Made by a program: the position numbers and the translations under genes
Shown here: positions 10,161 through 19,668 of the stretch, in pieces
How positions within the stretch are numbered: position 1 is the first letter of the stretch
Layout of the letters: the number at the start of each line of letters is the position of its first letter
Notes under the pieces: generated by a model
What the model saw: only the letters and a program-made list of their open reading frames with translations
What the model was told of the DNA's origin: nothing
Database searches by the model: none
From: a virus
Taxonomy: Duplodnaviria; Caudoviricetes
Reading direction: 5' to 3' (one strand)
DNA: 64,000 bases
Virus record (IMG/VR): IMGVR_UViG_3300049004_000016
Span: 51,286 to 115,285 of that record

Positions 10161-10876
10161 CCGACGACCGGCTGCCGATCTCGGAGATCTTCGGACCGAC
10201 GATCCAGGGTGAAGGACCGGCCGCCGGGCAGTGCGCGACGTTCGTTCGGTTTATGGGCTGCAACCTGTCCTGCTCGTGGTGCGACACCGCATACACCTGG
10301 GACGGTGACCGGTTCGGTTTACGCGTCACCACCAATTGGTGGACACCAACCCAGATCCTGACCGAGGTAGCCAACAGATCAGACACCGGCATCGTTGTCG
10401 TCACCGGTGGTGAGCCACTGCTACGCCAAGACCACCCCGCATGGTCGGAGCTGCTGGCCGGGTTGATGGATGGCGGGTGGCGCCTGCACATCGAAACCAA
10501 CGGCACCCTGGTCCCCACTGCGGAGACCTTGGCCGCCGCTGAGTTGATCTGCGTATCCCCGAAACTGGCCAACGCCGGGGAGCACCGGGGCCACCAGAAC
10601 CCCACACCGCGCGCGGAGTTCGTGGACCTCGCCCACGCCCACCAATGCCTGCACCTCAAGGTCGTGTGCCAGGACGAGGGTGATGTGGAGCGCGCCGCAC
10701 GCATGGCTCTGGCCCTGCGTTGGCCCTGGGGCCGTGTGTGGGTCATGCCGGAAGGCACAACCACGGAGGTCCTGAACCGCCGCTGGCCGGTGATCGCCAG
10801 TGCAGCCGCCCGACTGGGCATCAACGCAACCCACCGACTGCACGTCCTGGCGTGGGGTGACGAAAGGGGCCACTAG
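10157..10876 (+). CDS. queE: 7-carboxy-7-deazaguanine synthase QueE (radical SAM)
   Basis: EIFGPTIQGEG, CNLSCSWCDT, TGGEP, IETNG, SPK, RLH. Confidence 0.95.
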   Translation: MTDDRLPISEIFGPTIQGEGPAAGQCATFVRFMGCNLSCSWCDTAYTWDGDRFGLRVTTNWWTPTQILTEVANRSDTGIVVVTGGEPLLRQDHPAWSELLAGLMDGGWRLHIETNGTLVPTAETLAAAELICVSPKLANAGEHRGHQNPTPRAEFVDLAHAHQCLHLKVVCQDEGDVERAARMALALRWPWGRVWVMPEGTTTEVLNRRWPVIASAAARLGINATHRLHVLAWGDERGH

Positions 10877-11436
10877 TGGACGCCGAGCACTACGCGCGGA
10901 AGCTGATCGAGGCCCTGGACATCCCGGAAACGGAATCCACCAAGGACACACCCCGACGCCTGGTGGCTGCGCTCGAGGAAATGACCGCCGGTGTCCGCTT
11001 GGACCCCGCCCGGCACCTGGCGGTGACGTTCCCCGCTGAGTCCCCCGATCCCGGCATGATCGTGGTGACCGGTATCCCGTTCATCAGCCTGTGTGAGCAC
11101 CACATGCTCCCGTTCACCGGGACCGCGACCGTGGGGTACCTGCCGGCGCCCGCTGCCCGCATCGTGGGGTTGTCGAAGCTGGCGCGGGTGGTCCAGGAGT
11201 ACGCCGCCCGCCCGCAGGTCCAGGAACGCTTGGGTGACCTGATCACCACAGCGATCACCACCAACCTGGAGACGCTGGGTGCCGCGTGCGTGATCCGCGC
11301 CCACCACTCCTGCCTGACGTTGCGTGGTGCCCGTGCGACTGGCGCGAGCATGGTCACGTCCCACCTGTCGGGGCGGTTCCGTGATGAGCCGACTGTGCGC
11401 GCGGAGTTCCTGGCGCTGGCGGTGAACACCAACTAG
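10876..11436 (+). CDS. folE: GTP cyclohydrolase I
   Basis: TPRR, SLCEHHMLPF, GLSKLAR, RPQVQERL, HSCLTLRG. Confidence 0.97.
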   Translation: MDAEHYARKLIEALDIPETESTKDTPRRLVAALEEMTAGVRLDPARHLAVTFPAESPDPGMIVVTGIPFISLCEHHMLPFTGTATVGYLPAPAARIVGLSKLARVVQEYAARPQVQERLGDLITTAITTNLETLGAACVIRAHHSCLTLRGARATGASMVTSHLSGRFRDEPTVRAEFLALAVNTN

Positions 11437-11450
11437 CTGGGGGTAGGCCG

Positions 11451-12965
11451 GTGACAGCGACGATTACCGGCCTTGACCTCGCCGCGTGGTCCAGTGCCTT
11501 GGACCGTTTGGACCCACCACAGATCGATGTGTTCGGGAAGCTGGAATACGTCCCGACACCCAAACAGCAAATGTTCCATGACGCTACTGAGTTCGATGTG
11601 CTGTTCGGTGGGTCCCTCGGTGGTGGCAAGACCCGCGCGTTGACCATGGAAGCGATTAGGGCGTGCATCCGGTATCCCGGTATCCGGGTCGGGGCGTTTC
11701 GGAGAACCTACGGTGAGCTGAAAGAGTCGCTGCTGGCTGAGCTGATGCAAATCAACTACGCGGCAGCGGTGCGCGCGAAGTGGAACGGGTCGGATTACGA
11801 GCTGCGGTTCCCCAACGGCTCGGTGATCATGTTCCGGTATGCGGAGTCCATGCAAGACGCCACCCGGCGTCAAGGTGGCCAGTACCAGTTGCTGATCTTC
11901 GATGAGCGGACGTTGACACCCCCGGATGTAGTGTCCTTCCTGGAGTCCCGGCTGCGATCCGGCCGCAAGTCCATCCCGGTGCTCGGTATCAGATCCAGCG
12001 CGAACCCCGGTGGACCTGGGCACGGCCGGGTGCGCGTGAAGTACGTCGATGCCACCAACTACGGCACCAAAGTCGTCCACGACGAACGCGGCCGGACCAT
12101 CCGGTTCATCCCGTCACGCATGGAAGACAACCCCCACCTGAACCCCGAGTACGAGAACGACCTCCTGGCGCTGCCTGAGGTGTTGCGGCGTGCCCTGCGT
12201 GAGGGCGACTGGGGTGTGTTCTCCGGTCAGGTGTTCTCCGAGTTGTCCCGTGACCGCCATGTGGTGGCACCGATCAACCTGCCGTTGTCGTGGCTGCGGT
12301 ACAACGGCGTGGACTGGGGTTACGCCAAACCGTGGGCTGTGCTGTGGGCTGCCGTTGATGAGGACGGCCGGGTGTGGATCTACCGGGAGCTGTACGCCAC
12401 CGGTGTGGGGGAAGCGGAGCAGGCCAGACGCATCCTGGCCGCTGAGGCCGACGATGAGAAAGTCACGGTCAGGTACGCCGACGACGCCATGTGGGCGACC
12501 CGTGGTGACGCCAAACCGATCTCCGACATTTACGCCGAGAACGGTGTCCACCTCACGGAGGCCGGCAAGGGCGCCGGGTCGCGGATCATCGGCTGGCAAC
12601 GCATCCACTCCTACCTGGACAACGGGCCCGCGTGCCCCCACCACCGTGCCCTGGGGTGGACCGAGTGCCCGATGCTCCACATTTTCGACACGGTGGAGAA
12701 CCTGTGGCGGGAGCTGCGGGACCTCCCACACGCCACCAAAGGTGACCCTGAGGACGCGGACACCACCGCATCCGATCACGCCGCTGACGGGCTGCGTTAC
12801 CTGCTGATCAACCTGGGGACCGCGCCACGGTTCCATTTCCCGCCCACCCAACCGGAGGTGACGGTGCTTGACCCCGCCGCCACCGGGCCACGTCCACCGC
12901 AGCCACTACCGACGATGTACGGCGGGTTCCCCGTCGCGACTGAGGGGACGTCGATATGGGGCTGA
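11451..12965 (+). CDS. terL: terminase large subunit
   Basis: Walker A GGSLGGGKT, Walker B LIFDE, SANPGG, nuclease GVDWG...DHAADGLRY. Confidence 0.95.
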   Translation: MTATITGLDLAAWSSALDRLDPPQIDVFGKLEYVPTPKQQMFHDATEFDVLFGGSLGGGKTRALTMEAIRACIRYPGIRVGAFRRTYGELKESLLAELMQINYAAAVRAKWNGSDYELRFPNGSVIMFRYAESMQDATRRQGGQYQLLIFDERTLTPPDVVSFLESRLRSGRKSIPVLGIRSSANPGGPGHGRVRVKYVDATNYGTKVVHDERGRTIRFIPSRMEDNPHLNPEYENDLLALPEVLRRALREGDWGVFSGQVFSELSRDRHVVAPINLPLSWLRYNGVDWGYAKPWAVLWAAVDEDGRVWIYRELYATGVGEAEQARRILAAEADDEKVTVRYADDAMWATRGDAKPISDIYAENGVHLTEAGKGAGSRIIGWQRIHSYLDNGPACPHHRALGWTECPMLHIFDTVENLWRELRDLPHATKGDPEDADTTASDHAADGLRYLLINLGTAPRFHFPPTQPEVTVLDPAATGPRPPQPLPTMYGGFPVATEGTSIWG

Positions 12966-14614
12966 GGTCGTTCGTGCGGGAGGTGTTCGGTCGCAGCGAG
13001 GTGCAGGAGAAGCCCGCCGCTACGGCACCGGTCCTGGAGCCACCAACGCCCAAGCAGGCCCGCCGCGCTGGTTTCGAGTACGGCATCCCACTGGGCAACG
13101 GTGGTGGTGGCCTGGATGTGTCCCGTCAGGTGTCGGCTGGTGCGGAACGCCAACAGACCCTGGCGCAACTCCACCAGCTCTACATGACCTGCGACTGGGT
13201 TTCCAGCTCCGTGGATGTGGTGGCGCGGACGGTCACTGCCGGCGGGTTGCAGGTGGTGTCAGAGTCCGACGTCCCGGAAGGTGAGCAACCGGCTGATCCC
13301 CCGGAGGTCCAGCGCCTCAAGCGGTTGATGAAGTTCTGCAACCCGCGTGAGGACATGATCCAGTTGCTGCGCAACGTGGTCACGGACCTGGAGTTGTTCG
13401 GGGACGCCTACCTGGAGATCGTGGTTCTGCTGGGTGAGCCGATCGCCCTGTACACGCTCGACGCCACCACGATGACGGTGCTGTCCGATGAGCACGGGGA
13501 GGTCAACGGCTACCACCAGGACGTTGACGGAGTCCGCACGGCCACGTTCGGCCCCGACGAGGTGATCCACTTCTCGTTGGACGCGCCCCGTGGTGGTTTG
13601 TACGGTGTCGGACCGGCGCAGAAGGTGCTGTTCCCGGCTACTGCGTGGCTGTTCGCCATGGCAACCCTCAAGGAATGCTTCCGCCGGGGTGACCCCCCGC
13701 GTATCCACGTTGACCTGGGTCATTTCCAGGACGGTGACGTGCAGCGGTGGCGTGAGCAGTACATGGTCAACAACCTGGGGCCCAAAGCTGTCGGCACCCC
13801 CATCTTGACCACTGGTGGTGGCGGGGTTCAGGTCCTCGACCCCCACAAGGTCGGGGATTACCTGGAGGCGTGCCGCAGCCTGCGGGATGAGATCGTTTCC
13901 GCGTTCGGTGTGCCCCCCGCGAAGGTCGGCATCATTGAGACCGGCAACCTCGGTGGTGGCACTGGTGAGGCGCAAGACAAAACATTCCGCATCAACACCA
14001 TTATCCCCATTACCGCGATCATTCTGGAGAAACTGAATTTCCACCTGCTACAGGTCGGTTTCAAAATAACCAATTACGTCCTGGAGTTCAAAGAGATCGA
14101 CTACCGGGATTCAGAAGTGGTGGAGAAGATCCGTGACATGCGTTTGCGGAATGGCTCCTACACCCTGAACCGGTACCGGGATGAGATTGGTGAACCACCG
14201 GTTGATGGTGGTGATGATGCTGTCCTGGTCGACCGCACCCACATCGTGGCGTGGGTCGATATGGAAGCGATGTCCAAGGCGACCATCGCGACCGCTGTGG
14301 CGCCGTTGGTCACGGCCGGTGTCAACGGGTATGTGCCTGGTGTGCCGGACGCGGAGGAACCGGAACCACCGGCGGCACTGGCTGGTGTCCACCCTGCCGC
14401 GCTTGCTGACCCCAAGGCAGCACCGGGTGGCGCGAAGGACGCGACCCAGGGCAAGGCCCCACCGGAAGGCAAGGACGGCCAAGGCAAGGCACCGAAGGAA
14501 ACACTGGATGTGCGTGATCAGCGCCGGTTGTCAGAGTCGTGGCAGCGGGCCTACCGTGCTCGCCGCGCCCAGGCGTTGCGTGAGCTACCTGACCGGGAGT
14601 TGATCGACGCATGA
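12956..14614 (+). CDS. portal protein
   Basis: DLELFGDAYLEI, EVIHF, LYGVGP, AFGVPPAKVG, TLNRYR; follows terminase. Confidence 0.93.
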   Translation: MGLRSFVREVFGRSEVQEKPAATAPVLEPPTPKQARRAGFEYGIPLGNGGGGLDVSRQVSAGAERQQTLAQLHQLYMTCDWVSSSVDVVARTVTAGGLQVVSESDVPEGEQPADPPEVQRLKRLMKFCNPREDMIQLLRNVVTDLELFGDAYLEIVVLLGEPIALYTLDATTMTVLSDEHGEVNGYHQDVDGVRTATFGPDEVIHFSLDAPRGGLYGVGPAQKVLFPATAWLFAMATLKECFRRGDPPRIHVDLGHFQDGDVQRWREQYMVNNLGPKAVGTPILTTGGGGVQVLDPHKVGDYLEACRSLRDEIVSAFGVPPAKVGIIETGNLGGGTGEAQDKTFRINTIIPITAIILEKLNFHLLQVGFKITNYVLEFKEIDYRDSEVVEKIRDMRLRNGSYTLNRYRDEIGEPPVDGGDDAVLVDRTHIVAWVDMEAMSKATIATAVAPLVTAGVNGYVPGVPDAEEPEPPAALAGVHPAALADPKAAPGGAKDATQGKAPPEGKDGQGKAPKETLDVRDQRRLSESWQRAYRARRAQALRELPDRELIDA

Positions 14615-14925
14615 CAACGCATGTCGACCAAGCGATGCCGGTGCACCACCCTGGTGTGCCCAGTGTCCAGGCTGCTGTGCGTGCCGACCTGGTGGCACGG
14701 GAGGGGGTGGGTGTCGAGCGGTACGGCACCCCACTCCAGCCGTTCAACGGACGCAGCGCACTACGGGACGCCTATGAGGAGGCGCTGGACTTGGCGTGCT
14801 ATCTCAAGCAGGCGCTGATCGAGCAGGAAATGAGGGCAACCCATGGTGGGGACACAGTCGTGTGGTGTGGCACCGCTGGTGATCACCCCGGTGCGGGAGG
14901 TGCCGGCGATCCAGTGGCCGGATGA
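14611..14925 (+). CDS. MazG/all-alpha NTP pyrophosphohydrolase-like protein
   Basis: G.ERYGT.L...DAYEEALDLACYL motif. Confidence 0.5.
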   Translation: MTTHVDQAMPVHHPGVPSVQAAVRADLVAREGVGVERYGTPLQPFNGRSALRDAYEEALDLACYLKQALIEQEMRATHGGDTVVWCGTAGDHPGAGGAGDPVAG

Positions 14926-15739
14926 GTCACCGAGCCCAGCGTTCTGGGCCTGGTACCTGGCACGTTTCGATCATGAGCGGGAGGCGGATTCATGAACGAG
15001 CAAGGCCACCCCACCAGGGCCCAGGACGTCACACAGTTGATCCAGAAGCGCATCGGGTAATTCCCCCTAGATCCCACCCAATGAATAGGGGTGTGGCGCG
15101 GTCCGGTGCACCGGGTCCACCCGCGCCACACCCCACCTAAGCTGCCTGGCCGTGGCCGGGTGGGTGGTGCTGTGGGTGTCGCTGGTCGCCGGGCTGGTAG
15201 CGGCACTGTGGTGGCAAGCCACCCGGTAGCTTCACTGGGGTGCTGTTCCCCGCGTTGACTGACTGGCCGGTGTGGGTGTTCTCGATCGGCACGGTCGTCG
15301 CGGTGTGCCTATGCCTGGGGGAACCGGATGGTGACGGAGGCGTTCTGCCTGGCGTGGTCCCTGCTGGTGTTTTCGACGGTCGGACTGGGGTGGCTGACGT
15401 GGACCCTGCTAGCCATGGCCATCCCTCGCCCGCGTGGATCGAAACGATGATGCAGTGGATCAACAAACCGTCGATGGTGGTGGCGTTGGGTCTGCTAGCG
15501 CTCGGTGTGGTGCTGATCATCGTGTTGCGGCCCCGTGACCGGCGGTGACCGCTCCCAGGGTGGGTGGGTGTTCACCACCGTGGGCGGTGAGCTGTTCATC
15601 CCCTGGCCCATGTCCAGCACCAAAGCCGAACGCCTCGCCGAGGACTTCTGCCAGCGCGTCGGGTGGCCATCACCATCCACCCAACGATTCCTGATCCCCG
15701 CGCCGGTCACGAAGGCGACCAAACCGAAAGGAACCGGCA

Positions 15740-17257
15740 GTGGACGGCGGAATGATCGCGCTACTCCCCGAAGACCCCACCGCGCTGGTCGTTGACAGTA
15801 AGAACGCGGAACCGGCCTCGGAAATACACCTGACGCTGGTCTATCTGGGTGATGACCTGACCGGGTGGGACGACGCCAAACAGGAACGGTTCATCACCCA
15901 CATCTCCAACGCTGTCGACGGTGCCGGCGCCATCGAGGCGCGGGTCATGGGCCACGCCACGTTCAACCCTGATGGTGGCCCGGACGGTGACCGTGAGACG
16001 TGCGCGGTGCACCTGGTAGGGGACAGCACTGAGCTCTACCCCCTCCACAAGACGCTGGCCGACACCAGCCGGGCGCTCCTCGGCGCGGACTTTCCCCAAC
16101 AGCACCAGCCGTTCCTGCCCCACATCACCGCCGGGTACGGGCTGGCCGCCGGGGATTTGACCTACACCGGGCCGATCGTGTTCAACCGTCTAGTGGTGGC
16201 GTTGGCCGGGCGGTGGGCGGAGATCTCCCTGGTGCCCCCACCGGGGGATGAGGCGATCGCCCCCTACGCCCGCACCGCCTACGCCCAGGGGTGGGCCGCA
16301 TCCGGGGGGCCGATGACCGAACGGGTCCGCGCTGGGTGTGTCGCCGCTGTGGAGTTGGCCATCATCAACGCCGACCAGCCGGGCATCCTTGAGGCCACCA
16401 TGCAGCTCGGCAAGCTGGAAGGCACGTGGGCTGCGGTGTACGCCCGCCGGGAGGCTCTGGTCGCCAAGCACCTGCCGGTGGTGCTGGCAGCGTGGCGCCG
16501 CGCCGCGCACATGCTCAACGTCAACGCAGCCATCGACCGGTACAGGCAATCCCTCGGTGTCACTGAGGCCGTGGACATCGACAACACCGACCACCGGCGC
16601 ATGGTCGCCAACAGCATCGCCCAATCCGTGGCGTCGGCTATCGCTGGACCGGATGCGTTGCCGGCCGACCGGGAAACGATCGTGATGGCCGTCGCCGACG
16701 CACTGCGGGACGCGCAAGCGGAGGGCACCGCCGGGGCGATCGTCGCTGGAGCGGATCAGCTCGGTGTGGCCGGGACATCATTCGACCTGGCATTCGCTGA
16801 CGCCCACCAGGCCCTCGGGGATCTGGGTAACTACTGGGGTCAGGGCAGTGGGTGGGTCGACCGCATGGTGTCCGGTACCGCCACGGACCTCGGTGGCCGG
16901 TTGTCGACGCTGGCCGCTGACAAAGCCAGCTACGACGACATGCTGACGGCCGCCATGGACGTCATCGGTGGTGACGACATCCGGTCTGTGGAGACCATCC
17001 TGGATTTGGCGATGGGCCAGTCATTCAGTCGTGGCGCCCTGGCGCTGTATGGGCGTGAGGGTGTGACCCAGGTCGATTACGTGACCGCTGGTGGGGAGAA
17101 CGTGTGCCCGTTGTGCATCAACGCTGAGTCGGGGAGCCCGTGGGATCGGACGTCGGCGCCGGTTCCACCGCTGCACCCCTATTGCCGGTGCAACCTCCAG
17201 GCCACCAACCCCATGCAGGGCTTGACGGGGTTACTGACCCAGTACCTCGCCAGTTAG
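15740..17257 (+). CDS. 2H phosphoesterase fused to MuF-like minor head protein
   Basis: N-terminal HLTLVYLG and PHITAGY (paired HxT); C-terminal CPLC...PPLHPYCRC MuF signature. Confidence 0.85.
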   Translation: MDGGMIALLPEDPTALVVDSKNAEPASEIHLTLVYLGDDLTGWDDAKQERFITHISNAVDGAGAIEARVMGHATFNPDGGPDGDRETCAVHLVGDSTELYPLHKTLADTSRALLGADFPQQHQPFLPHITAGYGLAAGDLTYTGPIVFNRLVVALAGRWAEISLVPPPGDEAIAPYARTAYAQGWAASGGPMTERVRAGCVAAVELAIINADQPGILEATMQLGKLEGTWAAVYARREALVAKHLPVVLAAWRRAAHMLNVNAAIDRYRQSLGVTEAVDIDNTDHRRMVANSIAQSVASAIAGPDALPADRETIVMAVADALRDAQAEGTAGAIVAGADQLGVAGTSFDLAFADAHQALGDLGNYWGQGSGWVDRMVSGTATDLGGRLSTLAADKASYDDMLTAAMDVIGGDDIRSVETILDLAMGQSFSRGALALYGREGVTQVDYVTAGGENVCPLCINAESGSPWDRTSAPVPPLHPYCRCNLQATNPMQGLTGLLTQYLAS

Positions 17258-17266
17258 GGGGGACCT

Positions 17267-17512
17267 GTGGGCACGATGCGAGAGCGCATGATGGCCCGCC
17301 GGGCCGCTGACCGTGACCAGGACGCCACCGATGAGCTGGCGGAGGTCATCACCGATGTGGTCGCGGAGATCTTCGATGAGTTGCTGATCGAGGCGCTGAA
17401 ACAGCCGGACATCCGCACCGCCATCAGCAACCTGGTGTCGGCCAGCAAACGCCCGGTGGCTACCCGGATGCCGGCGCGTGCGTCTGCGGTGAAGGCCCAA
17501 CGCCACCGGTAA
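17267..17512 (+). CDS. hypothetical protein
   Basis: Directly downstream of the MuF gene, with SD. Confidence 0.5.
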   Translation: MGTMRERMMARRAADRDQDATDELAEVITDVVAEIFDELLIEALKQPDIRTAISNLVSASKRPVATRMPARASAVKAQRHR

Positions 17513-17780
17513 CGCGGCCCTTGCGGTGTCGCCCACCGGGCTGCGACTCCAAGATCACAATGCGGGTTGCAGGCCACTGACCAGCTAGCCGGTCGGTCTC
17601 AGCCAGCAGGATCTTGCGGCGGATGTCTTCGATAAGGGCCATGACGTCCCCCTCCGGGCGCGCGGTCACCAAGGTGTTCAGCCACATGGCCCGAGCTGGA
17701 CTCGCGCAATTTAACGCTACTGACCGTCATGGCGCACCGCCGGACGGTTACTTGCTGGTGAGCTAAAGAGGGAGACACCC

Positions 17781-19592
17781 GTGACTGACGGCACTATCGC
17801 GACCATCAACGGGACGATGCTGGTGCCCGGTGTGTCCCTGAACCGTCGCCTGTACACCCCGGAGCTGATCGAGAAGACCGTCAAGCGCATGAAGGCCCGC
17901 ATCGCTGACCCTGACGGTCTGCCGATCGTGATGCGGACCCACCACGGTGCTGGTGATGACTCCAAGCTGATCGTGGGGCGGATCTCTGATGTGAGCCTCG
18001 GTGAGGGTGGGGCAGCGAAGTACAAAGCTGACCTGTACGACACCCACGCCGGTCGTGACATCGCCGCGCTGGCCACCCCGAAGAAGCCGGCACTGCGGTC
18101 CACCAGCATCCACGGGTACTGGCTCGGTCCGGTCACGACCGTCGACTACGACGGCCAGCGCGTGGAGACAGCCGATGACCTGGACATCGACGCGATCGAC
18201 TTCACCCACACCCCTGGTGTGACCGGTGCGGTGTTGGACCTGGCCCCGGCTGGTGCTCAGGAGTCGGTCGCTGTGCGGACCCCGATCCAGGAGACGGTGG
18301 ATGCCACGGTTACACCGGCGGTTAATGAGATCGGTGAGGCGATTATTGAGGCTAAGGACCCCAAGAAACCGTATGGGGATGTCCAATACGCCGATCCTGG
18401 TTATCAGAAGGACGGCAAAAAACGGTACCCGCTGGACACTAAAGCCCATATCCGTGCCGCGTGGAGCTATGTCAATCAGGCCGATAACGCGAAAGAGTAC
18501 ACCCCTAAGCAACTGGCCCGCATCAAGGCGAAGATCAAGGCGGCCATGAAGAAGATCGGAGCGGATGTGGCGAAGGAAACCGAAACAACCCGGTGGGGTG
18601 AATTGCGGGAGTACTACCCTGACGGTCCTGATGGTCAAGCCGGGTTCTGTGTGGACGCCTACAACGGGCCTATTTCGTTGACGGTGCGCGCGTATTCGGT
18701 TGACCCCTCTGATTTGCGGGCTGTTGCTGGTGCCGCGATGACAGCGGCGTGTGATGCGTTGCAGGCACTGGACCCCGATATGGACGGTGATATTGACGTC
18801 GGAACGGGGGAGGCCACACCGGACGGTGAGACGCCCGCGACGGAGGCCGTCCACATTCAGACGGCAGGAACTGTGGTCACCGGTCAGGACCTGACCGAGG
18901 AGACCCAGCGCGCCCTGACGCGCACCACACCGGTCGCTGAGGCCCAGGCGCCGCCCGCTGACCCGCCCACACCCCCACCGGCGCCCGCCACTGAAACGTC
19001 CCCCGCCCAACCGGTCGAGGGCAGCACCAACACCGAGAAGGAGCCCGCCGTGAGCGAGCCAACCCAGGCGGCCGAAACCACGGCAGCCCCGACCCGCACT
19101 CTGACCGACGCTGACGTTTCGGCGATCGGTGAGACCATCGGCGCGGCTTTCGCTGCCGCGTTGAAGGCGAACACCCCACCGGCCCCGGCGCCCGTCGCCG
19201 CCGCACCGGCCCCAGCCACCGCACCAGCGACCGAGACCGCTCCCCCCGCCACCGAGGCTGCACCGAAGGTGGACGCTGGGCAGGCGTTGAAGGAAACCGC
19301 TGCCGCTGCAATCGCTGAGGCCACCGCAGGGCTACGCACCGAGCTGACCACGTCAGTGCAGGAGACCGAGGGTCGCATCCTGACCGCTGTGCGGGAGGAA
19401 CTGCAACGCCTCGGGATTCGCCCGTCGCGTCAGGGCTTCCGTGTCCACGAGAACGACCAGGTGGACCCGACGCCTGCCGCAGCGTTCGAGGACCGCGCCA
19501 ACATCCTGTTGGGTGACTTCGCTAAGACCCCAGTGCCCCACGCCGGCACCGGCATCGCCCCGGCAGCTACTGGGGTCACCGCCACGGGCTGA
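17781..19592 (+). CDS. capsid maturation protease / scaffold fusion
   Basis: N-terminal PGVSLNRRLY...H...SIHG...IDFTHTPGV protease-like region; central KPYGDVQYADPGYQ..KKRYPLDT (DUF6582-like); Ala/Pro/Glu-rich scaffold; precedes MCP. Confidence 0.8.
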   Translation: MTDGTIATINGTMLVPGVSLNRRLYTPELIEKTVKRMKARIADPDGLPIVMRTHHGAGDDSKLIVGRISDVSLGEGGAAKYKADLYDTHAGRDIAALATPKKPALRSTSIHGYWLGPVTTVDYDGQRVETADDLDIDAIDFTHTPGVTGAVLDLAPAGAQESVAVRTPIQETVDATVTPAVNEIGEAIIEAKDPKKPYGDVQYADPGYQKDGKKRYPLDTKAHIRAAWSYVNQADNAKEYTPKQLARIKAKIKAAMKKIGADVAKETETTRWGELREYYPDGPDGQAGFCVDAYNGPISLTVRAYSVDPSDLRAVAGAAMTAACDALQALDPDMDGDIDVGTGEATPDGETPATEAVHIQTAGTVVTGQDLTEETQRALTRTTPVAEAQAPPADPPTPPPAPATETSPAQPVEGSTNTEKEPAVSEPTQAAETTAAPTRTLTDADVSAIGETIGAAFAAALKANTPPAPAPVAAAPAPATAPATETAPPATEAAPKVDAGQALKETAAAAIAEATAGLRTELTTSVQETEGRILTAVREELQRLGIRPSRQGFRVHENDQVDPTPAAAFEDRANILLGDFAKTPVPHAGTGIAPAATGVTATG

Positions 19593-19617
19593 CCGCTAGG
19601 CACCACCCACCACCCGT

Positions 19618-19648
19618 CCCGCCATGCCGTGAGTGTGGCGGGTTTTTT
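19618..19648 (+). terminator. intrinsic terminator-like hairpin between scaffold and MCP
   Basis: CCCGCCAT...GTGGCGGG stem followed by TTTTTT. Confidence 0.6.
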
Positions 19649-19668
19649 CATGCCAAGAAAGAGCCACA

